Under the pieces are notes generated by a model. The model did not search any database. It had not been told where the DNA came from and worked only from the letters and a program-made list of their open reading frames with translations. Made by a program: the position numbers and the translations under genes. Below are positions 12,867 through 27,214 of a stretch of DNA of 64,000 nt, piece by piece (the first letter of the stretch is position 1; every line of letters starts with the position of its first letter). This DNA is from Laetmonice hystrix (Eukaryota). The stretch covers positions 1,924,001 through 1,988,000 of the forward strand of contig OZ249436.1 of NCBI GenBank assembly GCA_965235115.1, written 5' to 3'.

Positions 12867-13567
12867 ATGAGATGTTGATTGATCTGTCTTCTGTGATATT
12901 TCCTTGCGCGGGTCTGACTCCAGCGTGGGTATTCTAATTAATTTAATTACATATCTTGGTAACAGTTCTAGTAACAATGCTGATCTCTGATCATAGACCC
13001 CCGGAGATATTCAGAGGGGGGCAACTGGGCCCCTGAGGGGGGAGAAAGCGACCCTCAACTTGGGAGTTGCACTTCCCCCCTGCTCCCATCGGTTCCGGCG
13101 CCAAAGCCGATTGGTCCGCTGAGACAAGTCATATCTCGTTCTCTTCATTCCCAGAAACGATTTCAAAATACCCGTTTAACTGACGCGCCCTCTGTCGATT
13201 GTTGATAGAACTATAAAAAAAAGTAGTGAATAGTACATCTTAAAGGAAAGCCTCGAGTGTCCCATGCCTTCATACAGTCGAGGCGGGACCGAGAGCTCAG
13301 GACCGTAAATTCGAAGGGGATTTGGCCGGGGCGCGGGCCAAAGGCGCAAGTTGTTCATGTTGCAGGGTTCGGGGGGCCTCCCCCGATTTTGTTTATAATT
13401 TGGGCGGCTAAAAATGTTCGAAATTTAGTCGAGGCAGCTGCTTCTACTGCCTCAATGCGATGCCAGCGTGTGAATACGTTCGACATTTTGGCTGTATAGG
13501 GGTTTGTTTGGGTATAAATTATTGATATAAATATGACTAATTAGTTCATACATGACGACTCGCATGT

Positions 13568-14242
13568 TGATGGTGAGTTTGTGTGACAGCAAACGGTGGA
13601 GAGATTACATAGGACGTGCTGATGGTGAGTTTGTGTGACAGCAAACGGTGGAGAGATTACATAGGACGTGCTGATGATGAGTTTGTGTGACAGCAAACGG
13701 TGGAGAGATTACATAGGACGTGCTGATGGTGAGTTTGTGTGACAGCAAACGGTGGAGAGATTACATAGGACGTGCTGATGGTGAGTTTGTGTGACAGCAA
13801 ACGGTGGAGAGATTACATAGGACGTGCTGATGGTGAGTTTGTGTGACAGCAAACGGTGGAGAGATTACATAGGACGTGCTGATGGTGAGTTTGTGTGACA
13901 GCAAACGGTGGAGAGATTACATAGGACGTGCTGATGGTGAGTTTGTGTGACAGCAAACGGTGGAGAGATTACATAGGACGTGCTGATGGTGAGTTTGTGT
14001 GACAGCAAACGGTGGAGAGATTACATAGGACGTGCTGATGGTGAGTTTGTGTGACAGCAAACGGTGGAGAGATTACATAGGACGTGCTGATGGTGAGTTT
14101 GTGTGACAGCAAACGGTGGAGAGATTACATGGGACGTGCTGATGGTGAGTTTGTGTGACAGCAAACGGTGGGGAGATTACATGGGACGTGCTGATGGTGA
14201 GATTGTGTGACAGCAAACGGTGGGGAGATTACATGGGACGTG
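13568..14242. repeat. 52-bp minisatellite, 13 copies
   Basis: Unit GATGGTGAGTTTGTGTGACAGCAAACGGTGGAGAGATTACATAGGACGTGCT. Confidence 0.98.
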
Positions 14243-14810
14243 AGGAGATCTATCAATCAGAGTGACTGTTTATTCCGAGGCACCCACGAACATCTCATTG
14301 TGACATCATGCTCGACAAACACAGACCTTCTCCGACATGTAGCCGTCCATGCAGCACATATCTTCTCCAGTCCAGTCCCTCCCCGCCTGCTCACTCACAA
14401 ACCTGGTCGCCACACTTCCACGACATTGGGGCTAGGGGCTAGGAGCATGGCTATAGGAATAGCGGTGTTTTGATGGGGAGGTCTGAAGAAGTGAGGGTTA
14501 GATGAAATAATGGAAATATTGCCGTGGTCCATCTACCCAAAACCCTAGCAGTTAAATTAATGACACTCAATGCGCGGTTTTCCTTGCCCCCACCAGTTAC
14601 ATTAATGGCACTCCATGCAGGGGATTAAACATACTTATTGAGGCAGTGGGCTGACTTAAACAGTAATCCAGTGAGCTCCCCGCCACGTGAACACGCAGCT
14701 GGAGTCCCTTCGTCCTCAGACTGCCAAATAGACATGAAAAATCGGATTCTCCATGAACACAATCAGTGAGTCAGCAACACTGTATGCGTGTACACGTTAT
14801 CTGACTCGTC

Positions 14811-17800
14811 GTGACCGTACAGAGGCCTGCAGCATCCCGGCTACTGTACACAGTACACAGAGGCCTGCAGCATCCCGGCTACTGTACACAGTACACAGAG
14901 GCCTGCAGCATCCCAGCTACAGTGACTGTACCAGGGGGCCTGCAGCATCCCGGCTACAGTGACTGTACCAGGGGGCCTGCAGCATCCCAGCTACAGTGAC
15001 TGTACCAGGGGGCCTGCAGCATCCCGGCTACCGTGACTGTACACAGGGGGCCTGCAGCATCCCGGCTACCGTGACTGTACACAGGGGGCCTGCAGCATCC
15101 CGGCTACCGTGACTGTACACAGGGGGCCTGCAGCATCCCGGCTACCGTGACTGTAAGGGGGCCTGCAGCATCCCAGCTACTGTGACTGTACACAGGGGGC
15201 CTGCAGCATCCCGGCTACAGTGACTGTACCAGGGGGCCTGCAGCATCCCAGCTACAGTGACTGTACCAGGGGGCCTGCAGCATCCCGGCTACCGTGACTG
15301 TAAGGGGGCCTGCAGCATCCCGGCTACCGTGACTGTAAGGGGGCCTGCAGCATCCCAGCTACTGTGACTGTACACAGGGGGCCTGCAGCATCCCGGCTAC
15401 AGTGACTGTACACAGGGGGCCTACAGCATCCCGGCTACAGTGACTGTACACAGGGGGCCTGCAGCATCCCGGCTACAGTGACTGTACACAGGGGGCCTGC
15501 AGCATCCCGGCTACCGTGACTGTACACAGGGGGCCTGCAGCATCCCGGCTACCGTGACTGTACACAGGGGGCCTCCAGCATCCCAGCTACAGTGACTGTA
15601 CCAGGGGGCCTGCAGCATCCCGGCTACAGTGACTGTACACAGGGGGCCTGCAGCATCCCGGCTACAGTGACTGTACCAGGGGGCCTGCAGCATCCCGGCT
15701 ACCGTGACTGTACCAGGGGGCCTGCAGCATCCCGGCTACAGTGACTGTACCAGGGGGCCTGCAGCATCCCGGCTACAGTGACTGTACCAGGGGGCCTGCA
15801 GCATCCCGGCTACAGTGACTGTACACAGGGGGCCTGCAGCATCCCGGCTACCGTGACTGTACACAGGGGGCCTGCAGCATCCCGGCTACAGTGACTGTAC
15901 ACAGGGGGCCTGCAGCATCCCGCCTACCGTGACTGTACACAGGGGGCCTGCAGCATCCCAGCTACAGTGACTGTACACAGGGGGCCTGCAGCATCCCGGC
16001 TACAGTGACTGTACACAGGGGGCCTGCAGCATCCCGGCTACAGTGACTGTACACAGGGGGCCTGCAGCATCCCGGCTACAGTGACTGTACACAGGGGGCC
16101 TGCAGCATCCCGGCTACAGTGACTGTACACAGGGGGCCTGCAGCATCCCGGCTACAGTGACTGTACACAGGGGGCCTGCAGCATCCCGGCTACAGTGACT
16201 GTACACAGGGGGCCTGCAGCATCCCGGCTACCGTGACTGTACACAGGGGGCCTGCAGCATCCCGGCTACCGTGACTGTACACAGGGGGCCTGCAGCATCC
16301 CGGCTACAGTGACTGTACACAGGGGGCCTGCAGCATCCCGGCTACCGTGACTGTACACAGGGGGCCTGCAGCATCCCAGCTACAGTGACTGTACACAGGG
16401 GGCCTGCAGCATCCCAGCTACAGTTACTGTACACAGGGAGCCTGCAGCATCCCAGCTACAGTGACTGTACACAGGGGGCCTGCAGCATCCCAGCTACAGT
16501 GACTGTACACAGGGGGCCTGCAGCATCCCGGCTACCGTGACTGTACACAGGAGGCCTGCAGCATCCCAACTAACATGAGTCTACACAGGGGGCCTGCAGG
16601 ATCCCAGCTAACATGAGTGTACACAGGGGGCCTGCAGCATCCCAGCTACCGTGACTGTAAGGGGGCCTGCAGCATCCCGGCTACAGTGACTGTACACAGG
16701 AGGCCTGCAGCATCCCAGCTACCGTGACTGTACACAGGGGGCCTGCAGCATCCCAGCTACCGTGACTGTAACAGGGGGCACCAGCATCCCGGCTACAGTA
16801 ACTGTACACAGGAGGCCTGCAGCATCCCAGCTACCGTGACTGTACACAGGAGGCCTGCAGCATCCCAGCTACAGTGACTGTACACAGGGGGCCTGCAGCA
16901 TCCCGGCTACCGTGACTGTACACAGGGGGCCTGCAGCATCCCGGCTACAGTGACTGTACACAGGGGGCCTACAGGATCCCAGCTAACATGAGTGTACACA
17001 GGGGGCCTGCAGCATCCCGGCTACCGTGACTGTACACAGGGGGCCTGCAGCATCTCAGCTACAGTGACTGTACACAGGGGGCCTGCAGCATCCCGGCTAC
17101 AGTGACTGTACACAGGGGGCCTGCAGCATCCCGGCTACCGTGAGTGTACACAGGGGGCCTGCAGCATCTCAGCTACAGTGACTGTACACAGGGGCCTGCA
17201 GCATCCCGGCTACAGTGACTGTACCAGGGGGCTTGCAGCATCCCAGCTACCGTGACTGTATCAGGACGCCTGCAGCATCCCGGCTACAGTGACTGTACAC
17301 AGGGGGCCTGCAGCATCCCAGCTACCGTGACTGTATCAGGACGCCTGCAGGATCCCGGCTACAGTGACTGTACACAGGGGGCCTGCAGCATCCCGGCTAC
17401 AGTGACTTACACAGGGGGCCTGCAGCATCCCAGCTACTGTGACTGTACACAGGGGGCCTGCAGCATCCCGGCTACAGTGACTGTACACAGGGGGCCTGCA
17501 GGATCCCAGCTAACATGAGTGTACACAGGGGGCCTGTAGCATCCCGGCTACCGTGACTGTACACAGGGGGCCTGCAGCATCCCAGCTAACATGAGTGTAC
17601 ACAGGGGCCTGCAGCAATCCAGCTACAGTGACTGTACCAGGGGGCCTGCAGCATCCCGGCTACTGTGACTGTAACAGGGGGCCTGCAGCATCCCGGCTAC
17701 AGTGACTGTACACAGGGGGCCTGCAGCATCCCAGTTAACATGAGTGTACACAGGGGGCCTGCAGCATTACAGCTACAGTGACTGTACACAGGGGGCCTAC

Positions 17801-17958
17801 AGCATTACAGCTACAGTGACTGTACACAGGGGGCCTGCAGCATCCCAGCTACAGTGACTGTACACAGGGGGCCTGCAGCATCCCAGCTACAGTGACTGTA
17901 CACAGGGGCCTGCAGCATCCCAGCTACAGTGACTTACACAGGGGGCCTGCAGCATCTC
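14811..17958. repeat. 38-bp GC-rich minisatellite, about 83 copies
   Basis: Unit GTGACTGTACACAGGGGGCCTGCAGCATCCCGGCTACA with length variants. Confidence 0.98.
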
Positions 17959-18367
17959 AACCAATAATGCATGATATCGTGAAGTGTTATTTACATCTAT
18001 AGAAATTATTAACGTTAGGCCTATTCTGCACCACTTTTTTCAAGTTGGGGGTTGTTCAGTTTGGGATAACACTTTAAAAGTGGCATTTTATTGGACAGTT
18101 TGGAATTGAGGGTTAAACTATTTTATCAAGAAAAAAATATATATCCTCATGATAGAAAACAGATTTAGAAAAGGGAATCGCCTGGAGAATATTTCCGCTG
18201 CCCGCCCCTCTACCATTAGGGGGCGCACTTGTTCCTCCTACAAACACTGCAGGCTGACATTATAGCGACATCAGGATCAGCGGATTACCATGTTAAATAC
18301 CTCCGGCGAACATCTGTCCCACAAGTAGGTCACTGGGTTCATCCGGCTTCCCGTCAAATTGTGGCCT

Positions 18368-18784
18368 GGGGGCGGGGGGGGGCAAGTCATGGGAGGGGCC
18401 GGGGGGCGGGGGGGCAAGGGATGGGAGGGGCCGGGGGCGGGGGGGGGCAAGTCATGGGAGGGGCCGGGGGGGCAAGTCATGGGAGGGGCCGGGGGGGCAA
18501 GTGATGGGAGGGGCCGGGGGGCGGGGGTGGGGGGCAAGTCATGGGAGGGGCCGGGGGGGCAAGTCATGGGAGGGGCCGGGGGCGGGGGGGGGGGGGCAAG
18601 TGATGGGAGGGGCCGGGGGCGGGGGGGGGGCAAGTGATAGCAGGGGCCGGGGGCGGGGGGGCAAGGGATATGGGAGGGGCCGGGGCGGGGGGGGACAAGG
18701 GATGGGAGGGGCCGGGGGAGGGGGGACAAGGGATGGGAGGGGCCGGGGGCGGGGGGGGGGGCAAGTGATTGGAGGGGCCGGGCG
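18368..18784 (+). repeat. G-run-rich minisatellite (GGGGCAAGTCATGGGAGGGGCCGGGGG...)
   Basis: Dense G3+ runs; G-quadruplex-forming pattern. Confidence 0.95.
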
Positions 18785-18845
18785 GCAGAGAAGGGCAGGA
18801 GATTCGTTTGTATACATTGTGAGCTCTAAGATAATACTCATATTT

Positions 18846-20114
18846 ATCATCTCATGTATTATAGTCACTGAGTATTAGGCCAGACTGACGGGTACAGATA
18901 TTATCTCATGTATAGTCACTGAGTATTAGGCCAGACTGACGGGTACAGATATTATCTCATGTATAGTCACTGAGTATTAGGCCAGACTGACGGGTACAGA
19001 TATTATCTCATGTATAGTCACTGAGTATTAGGCCAGACTGACGGGTACAGATATTATCTCATGTATAGTCACTGAGTATTAGGCCAGACTGACGGGTACA
19101 GATATTATCTCATGTATTATAGTCACTGAGTATTAGGCCAGACTGACGGGTACAGATATTATCTCATGTATTATAGTCACTGAGTATTAGGCCAGACTGA
19201 CGGGTACAGATATTATCTCATGTATAGTCACTGAGTATTAGGCCAGACTGACGGGTACAGATATTATCTCATGTATTATAGTCACTGAGTATTAGGCCAG
19301 ACTGACGGGTACAGATATTATCTCATGTATAGTCACTGAGTATTAGGCCAGACTGACGGGTACAGATATTATCTCATGTATAGTCACTGAGTATTAGGCC
19401 AGACTGACGGGTACAGATATTATCTTATGTATTATAGTCACTGAGTATTAGGCCAGACTGACGGGTACAGATATTATCTCATGTATAGTCACTGAGTATT
19501 AGGCCAGACTGACGGGTACAGATATTATCTCATGTATTATAGTCACTGAGTCTTAGGCCAGACTGACGGGTACAGATATTATCTCATGTATAGTCACTGA
19601 GTATTAGGCCAGACTGACGGGTACAGATATTATCTCATGTATAGTCACTGAGTATTAGGCCAGACTGACGGGTACAGATATTATCTTATGTATTATAGTC
19701 ACTGAGTATTAGGCCAGACTGACGGGTACAGATATTATCTTATGTATAGTCACTGAGTATTAGGCCAGACTGACGGGTACAGATATTATCTTATGTATTA
19801 TAGTCACTGAGTATTAGGCCAGACTGACGGGTACAGATATCATCTCATGTATTATAGTCACTGAGTATTGGGCCAGACTGACGGGTACAGATATTATCTC
19901 ATGTATTATAGTCACTGAGTATTGGGCCAGACTGACGGGTACAGATATTATCTCATGTATTATAGTCACTGAGTATTAGGCCAGACTGACGGGTACAGAT
20001 ATTATCTCATGTATTATAGTCACTGAGTATTGGGCCAGACTGACGGGTACAGATATTATCTCATGTATTATAGTCACTGAGTATTGGGCCAGACTGACGG
20101 GTACAGATATTATC
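18846..20114. repeat. 51/54-bp minisatellite, about 24 copies
   Basis: Unit ATAGTCACTGAGTATTAGGCCAGACTGACGGGTACAGATATTATCTCATGT(ATT). Confidence 0.98.
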
Positions 20115-20270
20115 AGTTCGCTTGATCTAAGCCGAGTTAAAGTACGGATGTAAGAGAGAGCCAGGAGAAATCGAAGGATGATTGTTCCCTTCTTGGGAAC
20201 GATCGATCCATTATGGTAATATTCTACGACATTTTGTAGGACGAAGAAAACATACCAAACCTTGCACCTT

Positions 20271-23200
20271 CCCCTAACCCTCATACCCCGGGACTCCAGG
20301 TCTCACCCTAACCCTCATACCCCTGGACTCCAGGTCTCACCTACCCCTAACCCTCATACCCCTGGACTCCAGGTCTCACCTACCCCTAACCCTCATATCC
20401 GGGACTCCAGGTCTCACCCCTAACCCTCATACCCCTGGACTCCAGGTCTCACCCTAACCCTCATACCCCGGGACTCCAGGTCTCACCTACCCCTAACCCT
20501 CATACCCCGGGACTCCAGGTCTCACCTACCCCTAACCCTCATACCCCGGGACTCCAGGTCTCACCCCTAACCCTCATACCCCGGGACTCCAGGTCTCACC
20601 TACCCCTAACCCTCATACTCCGGGACTCCAGGTCTCACCTACCCCTAACCCTCATACCCCGGGACTCCAGGTCTCCCCTACCCCTAACCCTCATACCCCG
20701 GGACTCCAGGTCTCACCTACCCCTAACCCTCATACCCCGGGACTCCAGGTCTCACCTACCCCTAACCCTCATACCCCGGGACTCCAGGTCTCACCTACCC
20801 CTAACCCTCATACCCCGGGACTCCAGGTCTCACCCCTAACCCTCATACTCCGGGACTCCAGGTCTCACCTACCCCTAACCCTCATACCCCGGGACTCCAG
20901 GTCTCCCCTACCCCTAACCCTCATACCCCGGGACTCCAGGTCTCACCTACCCCTAACCCTCATACTCCGGGACTCCAGGTCTCACCTACCCCTAACCCTC
21001 ATACCCCGGGACTCCAGGTCTCCCCTACCCCTAACCCTCATACCCCTGGACTCCAGGTCTCACCTACCCCTAACCCTCATACCCCGGGACTCCAGGTCTC
21101 ACCTACCCCTAACCCTCATACCCCTGGACTCCAGGTCTCACGTACCCCTAACCCTCATACCCCTGGACTCCAGGCCTCACCTACCCCTAACCCTCATACC
21201 CCGGGACTCCAGGTCTCACCCCTAACCCTCATACTCCGGGACTCCAGGTCTCACCTACCCCTAACCCTCATACCCCGGGACTCCAGGTCTCCCCTACCCC
21301 TAACCCTCATACCCCGGGACTCCAGGTCTCACCTACCCCTAACCCTCATACTCCGGGACTCCAGGTCTCACCTACCCCTAACCCTCATACCCCGGGACTC
21401 CAGGTCTCCCCTACCCCTAACCCTCATACCCCTGGACTCCAGGTCTCACCTACCCCTAACCCTCATACCCCGGGACTCCAGGTCTCACCTACCCCTAACC
21501 CTCATACTCCGGGACTCCAGGTCTCACCTACCCCTAACCCTCATACCCCGGGACTCCAGGTCTCACCTACCCCTAACCCTCATACCCCGGGACTCCAGGT
21601 CTCACCTACCCCTAACCCTCATACCCCGGGACTCCAGGTCTCGCCTACCCCTAACCCTCATACCCCGGGACTCCATGTCTCGTCTACCCCTAACCCTCAT
21701 ACCCCGGGACTCCAGGTCTCGTCTACCCCTAACCCTCATACCCCTGGACTCCAGGTCTCACCTACCCCTAACCCTCATACCCCTGGACTCCAGGTCTTAC
21801 CTACCCATAACCCTCATACCCCTGGACTCCAGGTCTCACCCCTAACCCTCATACCCCTGGACTCCAGGTCTCACCCCTAACCCTCATACCCTGAGACTCC
21901 AGGTCTTACCCCTAACCCTCATACCCCGGGACTCCAGGTCTCACCTACCCCTAACCCTCATACCCCTGGACTCCAGGTCTCACCTACCCCTAACCCTCAT
22001 ACCCCTGGACTCCAGGTCTCACCTACCCCTAACCCTCATACCCCTGGACTCCAGGTCTCACCCCTAACCCTCATACCTCTGGACTCCAGGTCTCACCCCT
22101 AACCCTCATACCCCTGGACTCCAGGTCTCACCTACCCCTAACCCTCATACCCCGGGACTCCAGGTCTCACCTACCCCTAACCCTCATACCCCTGGACTCC
22201 AGGTCTTACCTACCCCTAACCCTCATACCCCTGGACTCCAGGTCTCACCTACCCCTAACCCTCATACCCCTGGACTCCAGGTCTTACCTACCCCTAACCC
22301 TCATACCCCTGGACTCCAGGTCTCACCCCTAACCCTCATACCCCGGGACTCCAGGTCTCACCCCTAACCCTCATACCCCGGGACTCCAGGTCTAACCTAC
22401 CCCTAACCCTCATACCCCTGGACTCCAGGTCTCACCTACCCCTAACCCTCATACCCCTGGACTCCAGGTCTCACGTACCCCTAACCCTCATACCCCTGGA
22501 CTCCAGGTCTCACCTACCCCTAACCCTCATACCCCGGGACTCCAGGTCTCACCCCTAACCCTCATACCCCGGGACTCCAGGTCTCACCTACCCCTAACCC
22601 CCATACCCCTGGACTCCAGGTCTCACCTACCCCTAACCCTCATACCCCGGGACTCCAGGTCTCACCTACCCCTAACCCTCATACCCCTGGACTCCAGGTC
22701 TCACCTACCCCTAACCCTCATACCCCGGGACTCCAGGTCTCACCCCTAACCCTCATACCCCGGGACTCCAGGTCTCACCTACCCCTAACCCCCATACCCC
22801 TGGACTCCAGGTCTCACCTACCCCTAACCCTCATACCCCGGGACTCCAGGTCTCACCCTAACCCTCATACCCCGGGACTCCAGGTCTCACCCCTAACCCT
22901 CATACCCCGGGACTCCAGGTCTCACCCCTAACCCTCATACCCCGGGACTCCAGGTCTCACCCCTAACCCTCATACCCCGGGACTCCAGGTCTCACCTACC
23001 CCTAACCCTCATACCCCTGGACTCCAGGTCTCGTCTACCCCTAACCCTCATACCCCTGGACTCCAGGTATCACCCCTAACCCTCATACCCCGGGACTCCA
23101 GGTCTCACCCCTAACCCTCATACCCCGGGACTCCAGGTCTCACCTACCCCTAACCCTCATACCCCTGGACTCCAGGTCTCACCCCTAACCCTCATACCCC

Positions 23201-24004
23201 TGGACTCCAGGTCTCACCCCTAACCTTCATACCCCGGGACTCCAGGTCTCACCTACCCCTTACCCTCATACCCCGGGATACCAGGCCTCACCTACCCCTA
23301 ACCCTCATACCCCTGGACTCCAGGTCTCACCTACCCCTAACCCTCATACCCCGGGACTCCAGGTCTCACCCCTAACCCTCATACCCCTGGACTCCAGGTC
23401 TCACCTACCCCTAACCCTCATACCCCGGGACTCCAGGTCTCACCCCTAACCCTCATACCCCTGGACTCCAGGTCTCACCTACCCCTAACCCTCATACCCC
23501 GGGACTCCAGGTCTCACCCCTAACCCTCATACCCCGGGACTCCAGGTCTCACCTACCCCTAACCCTCATACCCCGGGACTCCAGGTCTCACCTACCCCTA
23601 ACCCTCATACCCCGGGACTCCAGGTCTCACCCCTAACCCTCATACCCCTGGACTCCAGGTCTCACCCTAACCCTCATACCCCTGGACTCCAGGTCTCACC
23701 TACCCCTGACCCTCATACCCCGGGACTCCAGGTCTCACCTACCCCTGACCCTCATACCCCGGGACTCCAGGTCTCACCTACCCCTGACCCTCATACCCCT
23801 GGACTCCAGGTCTCACCTACCCCTAACCCTCATACCCTGGGACTCCAGGTCTCACCTACCCCTAACCCTCATACCCCTGGACTCCAGGTCTCACGTACCC
23901 CTTATTAACCCTCATACCCCTGGACTCCAGGTCTCACCCTAACCCTCATACCCCGGGACTCCAGGTCTCGCCTACGCCTAACCTTCATACCCCTGGACTC
24001 CAGG
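20271..24004. repeat. 39/35-bp C-rich minisatellite containing CCCTAACCCT, roughly 100 copies
   Basis: Unit CCTACCCCTAACCCTCATACCCCGGGACTCCAGGTCTCA. Confidence 0.98.
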
Positions 24005-25256
24005 GCCCGGTTTTTTGGTCTACCCCCTTAGATATCTCTACCCCCTCCAGTTTCGTGGGGTTTAGCGTGTACCCGCCCGTGGATTGACTGACAGAGGTTG
24101 AATACAAGCACGAGATCCGACGACCACGTGTGTAGGATAACGATGGTGATTGGTGGATCGTTTCTATCGATACTGAGTGTACGCCAGGTCACGTGGTGCC
24201 CGCTCGGCCCGCACTTTGTACCACAGTACGCTCTATACGGAGGTTCCTTCTATATCCGGCAGGTGGCGGTGCTCTATGTCAAGTCGACATTCGCCGCCAC
24301 CTAGCGGCGGACGGGCAAAGATTTCAGCAATCTTGATGTGACTCTCATAGGGCTGACGCCAGGTCAGGCATTTCATATCGTCACAAGTTTGTGACAGCTA
24401 TAGTTATTATTTCAAATACGCTTCAAGTTCTTAAGTCTATACGTTCAGGGCCTATAGATACATACATGCCATATCTCACGTACTGAGTATGAGACTCGGC
24501 TAATTAAGTTTTCTTTCATGCTCTCCGGCTAATAAAACTCGTTTATATCAGGAGACCGATCTATAGGGGCTCTGGGAGCTAAAGTCCCCAAGCTTAGGCC
24601 TACTTGCTCAAATTCTAACTTTCTGGGGGAAGTCCCCAAGATCCCCTATAGTGTAGTACGCCCAAGGCGGACCTTATAGACTACTACCCCCCCCCCCCCC
24701 CCCCCCAATCTATTATCGAGCCCCCGTTACAAAAGCCTTGACCCCCCCCCCCCCCATCCCCTGTTATCGGTGAGTGGAACCCAGGAAAAAACACAAAATC
24801 TTTAAACCAAAAAAATAAAGCCTATAAGCTACCGTACCTTCCCATCGGGACCAACTCGGGGCAAATTATAAATTGGGCCTACATGTACTAGACCTCACAG
24901 TCATCAGAATGAAACCGTAACAATAAAACTATTAGTGTGGTTATAATATAGTTAAAACACAAGAGAGGCTCAGATGTTCCGGTCAGCCTCACAATGTAAT
25001 CATTACATACTCGGCATGTTGAGTTTTAATTGTTATCATGATTTTGTTCAGTTGGTCGGAAGTAATGACCAGCGGATTATCTACGCCAGCTCCTGAGTTT
25101 ACTCAGTTGTTGACAATGTTCAGTAGACTGTGATATTAATGGATTTATTGTCTCAGTTCACGTTATAACGGTGAATCACTGGTTCTGAATAATTTTAATA
25201 ATTATCTCAAATTAAAAAACAACAACAAATGATCGTATACCGCCATGTAGTTACCA

Positions 25257-25257
<1 letters not shown>

Positions 25258-25330
<73 letters not shown>

Positions 25331-25340
25331 GCTCTCTCTC

Positions 25341-25402
<62 letters not shown>

Positions 25403-25403
25403 T

Positions 25404-25435
<32 letters not shown>

Positions 25436-25520
25436 GTCTCTCTCTCTGTCTCTCTCTCTGTCTCTCTGTCTCTCTCTGTCACTCTCTCTCTGTCTCTCTC
25501 TGTCTCTCTCTCTCGCTCTC

Positions 25521-25565
<45 letters not shown>

Positions 25566-25644
25566 GTCTCTCTCTGTCACTCTCTCTCTGTCTCTCTGTC
25601 TCTCTCTGTCACTCTCTCTCTCTCTGTCTCTCTCTCTCTCTCTG

Positions 25645-25675
<31 letters not shown>

Positions 25676-25928
25676 GTCTCTCTCTCTCGCTCTCTGTCTC
25701 TCTCTGTCTCTCTCTCTCCTCTCTCTCTCTCTCTGTCTCTCTCTCTCTCGCTCTCGCTCTCTCTCCCCCTCTCTCTCTCCCTCTCTCTCTCTCTCCCTCT
25801 CTCTCTCCCTCTCTCTCATCTCTCTCTACCTCTCCGTCTCTATCTCTCTCTCACCCATCTCTCTCCATCCATCTCTCTGTCTCTCCCTATCTTTATATCT
25901 CTATATCTGTCTCTATCTGTCTCTCTCC
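25258..25928. repeat. Long (CT)n/(CTGT) microsatellite
   Basis: Direct reading. Confidence 0.97.
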
Positions 25929-26703
25929 CGATAGCTAGGATGTTTTACATCCTTTGAAGCTAATTTCCTTCGATCAAAGCTCGTATAACCTGATGGGCGT
26001 CCCAAGGATTTAGTACGAGAACCAGGGCCTATTTTGTCTCCTGATATGCCTATATTTTGAGGAATGTCACAATGTCTCAGATTCTCATTTATAAAAATGT
26101 CAAAGCTGGAGGCAATGCTCCAAGTGTGCGGCTCGATACAATATGTACAAGTTTCCAGGTGCGGCCGCGAGCGAAATCTGCGCTGCGAAACGCCTTGTAT
26201 ACTACTAGCTGCCTTAATGATAGAGGTGTAAGTAGTATGTAAAAAGTACCGTTATAGTCGGGCGTCTTTAATAAACTAATAACATGTGTGTATGCTGACG
26301 GGCAGCCCAGCTAAACGATATAAAATGCCAAATACTACTCATTATAATAGATATCTTTTTAAAAGATTATAGCTAGTATTGATTAGATTCAATTGCAAAA
26401 TTGTAAAAAAATGTGTGAAGTAATACTAGTTTGCCTACTATCCGCCAGAGGGGGTATTGGTACCCCTATTGTGTCCCATTGTTTGGCTAAGCTAACACCT
26501 GGCGGTAAAGTAAGGTATTAAGTTTACCGTGTCCGCGATCGGGTTAGTTTGGAGCCCCCCTTCCCCCACTAAAACTAACAAAATATCACCTGGTACAGAA
26601 GTAAATTCGTCCATCTTGATCTAAAATAAGCTTTAAAAAGTGGCAAAGAAATAATTTTAAAAAGAAGAACGTTTGAAGACAGCATGTAAGGCATTTTATA
26701 TAT

Positions 26704-26705
<2 letters not shown>

Positions 26706-26742
<37 letters not shown>
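26706..26742. repeat. (TAAA)n microsatellite
   Basis: Direct reading. Confidence 0.95.
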
Positions 26743-26743
<1 letters not shown>

Positions 26744-26849
26744 GATAAAGTCAGACAAAATGAAAAAATTTTGTTAGTAGAAAAAATTTAATTGTGTAGC
26801 AGTAAAATAAACTAGTCTACTAACTAGCGACACGGAGAACAAAGGCTAT

Positions 26850-27112
26850 TAGTTGCCTCAAAAATACACATTGCCGACATAGAGATATGATAACACAATT
26901 ATCATGTATATAGTTGCCTCAAAAATACACATTGCTGACATAGAGATATGATAACACAATTATCATGTATATATAGTTGCCTCAAAAATACACATTGCTG
27001 ACATAGAGATATGATAACACAATTATCATGTAGGCCTACATGTATATATAGTTGCCTCAAAAATACACATGGTCGACATAGAGATATGATAACACAATAA
27101 TTATTATCATGT
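26850..27112. repeat. About 61-bp repeat, 4 copies
   Basis: Unit TAGTTGCCTCAAAAATACACATTGCTGACATAGAGATATGATAACACAATTATCATGTATA. Confidence 0.93.
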
Positions 27113-27196
27113 AGAGGCCTGTGTACAACGGGGGAAACTCATCATATAAATGGAGTTTGTCTATACTGCAGGTGGATAAGTCATAGTTTAATAGCA

Positions 27197-27214
27197 GGCC
27201 ACCAGATGGCGCTC
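27197..27214 (+). promoter_or_regulatory. CTCF-like motif about 1 kb upstream of the unc-13 ATG
   Basis: GGCCACCAGATGGCGCTC matches the CCRSYAGRKGGCRS consensus. Confidence 0.5.

Noticed and set aside
18229..18878. Gly-rich and Pro-rich ORFs
   Set aside because: Translations of a G-run repeat; no splice or codon support.
20271..24004. True or interstitial telomere
   Set aside because: Only one CCCTAA word per 35-39 bp unit; no (TTAGGG)n run.
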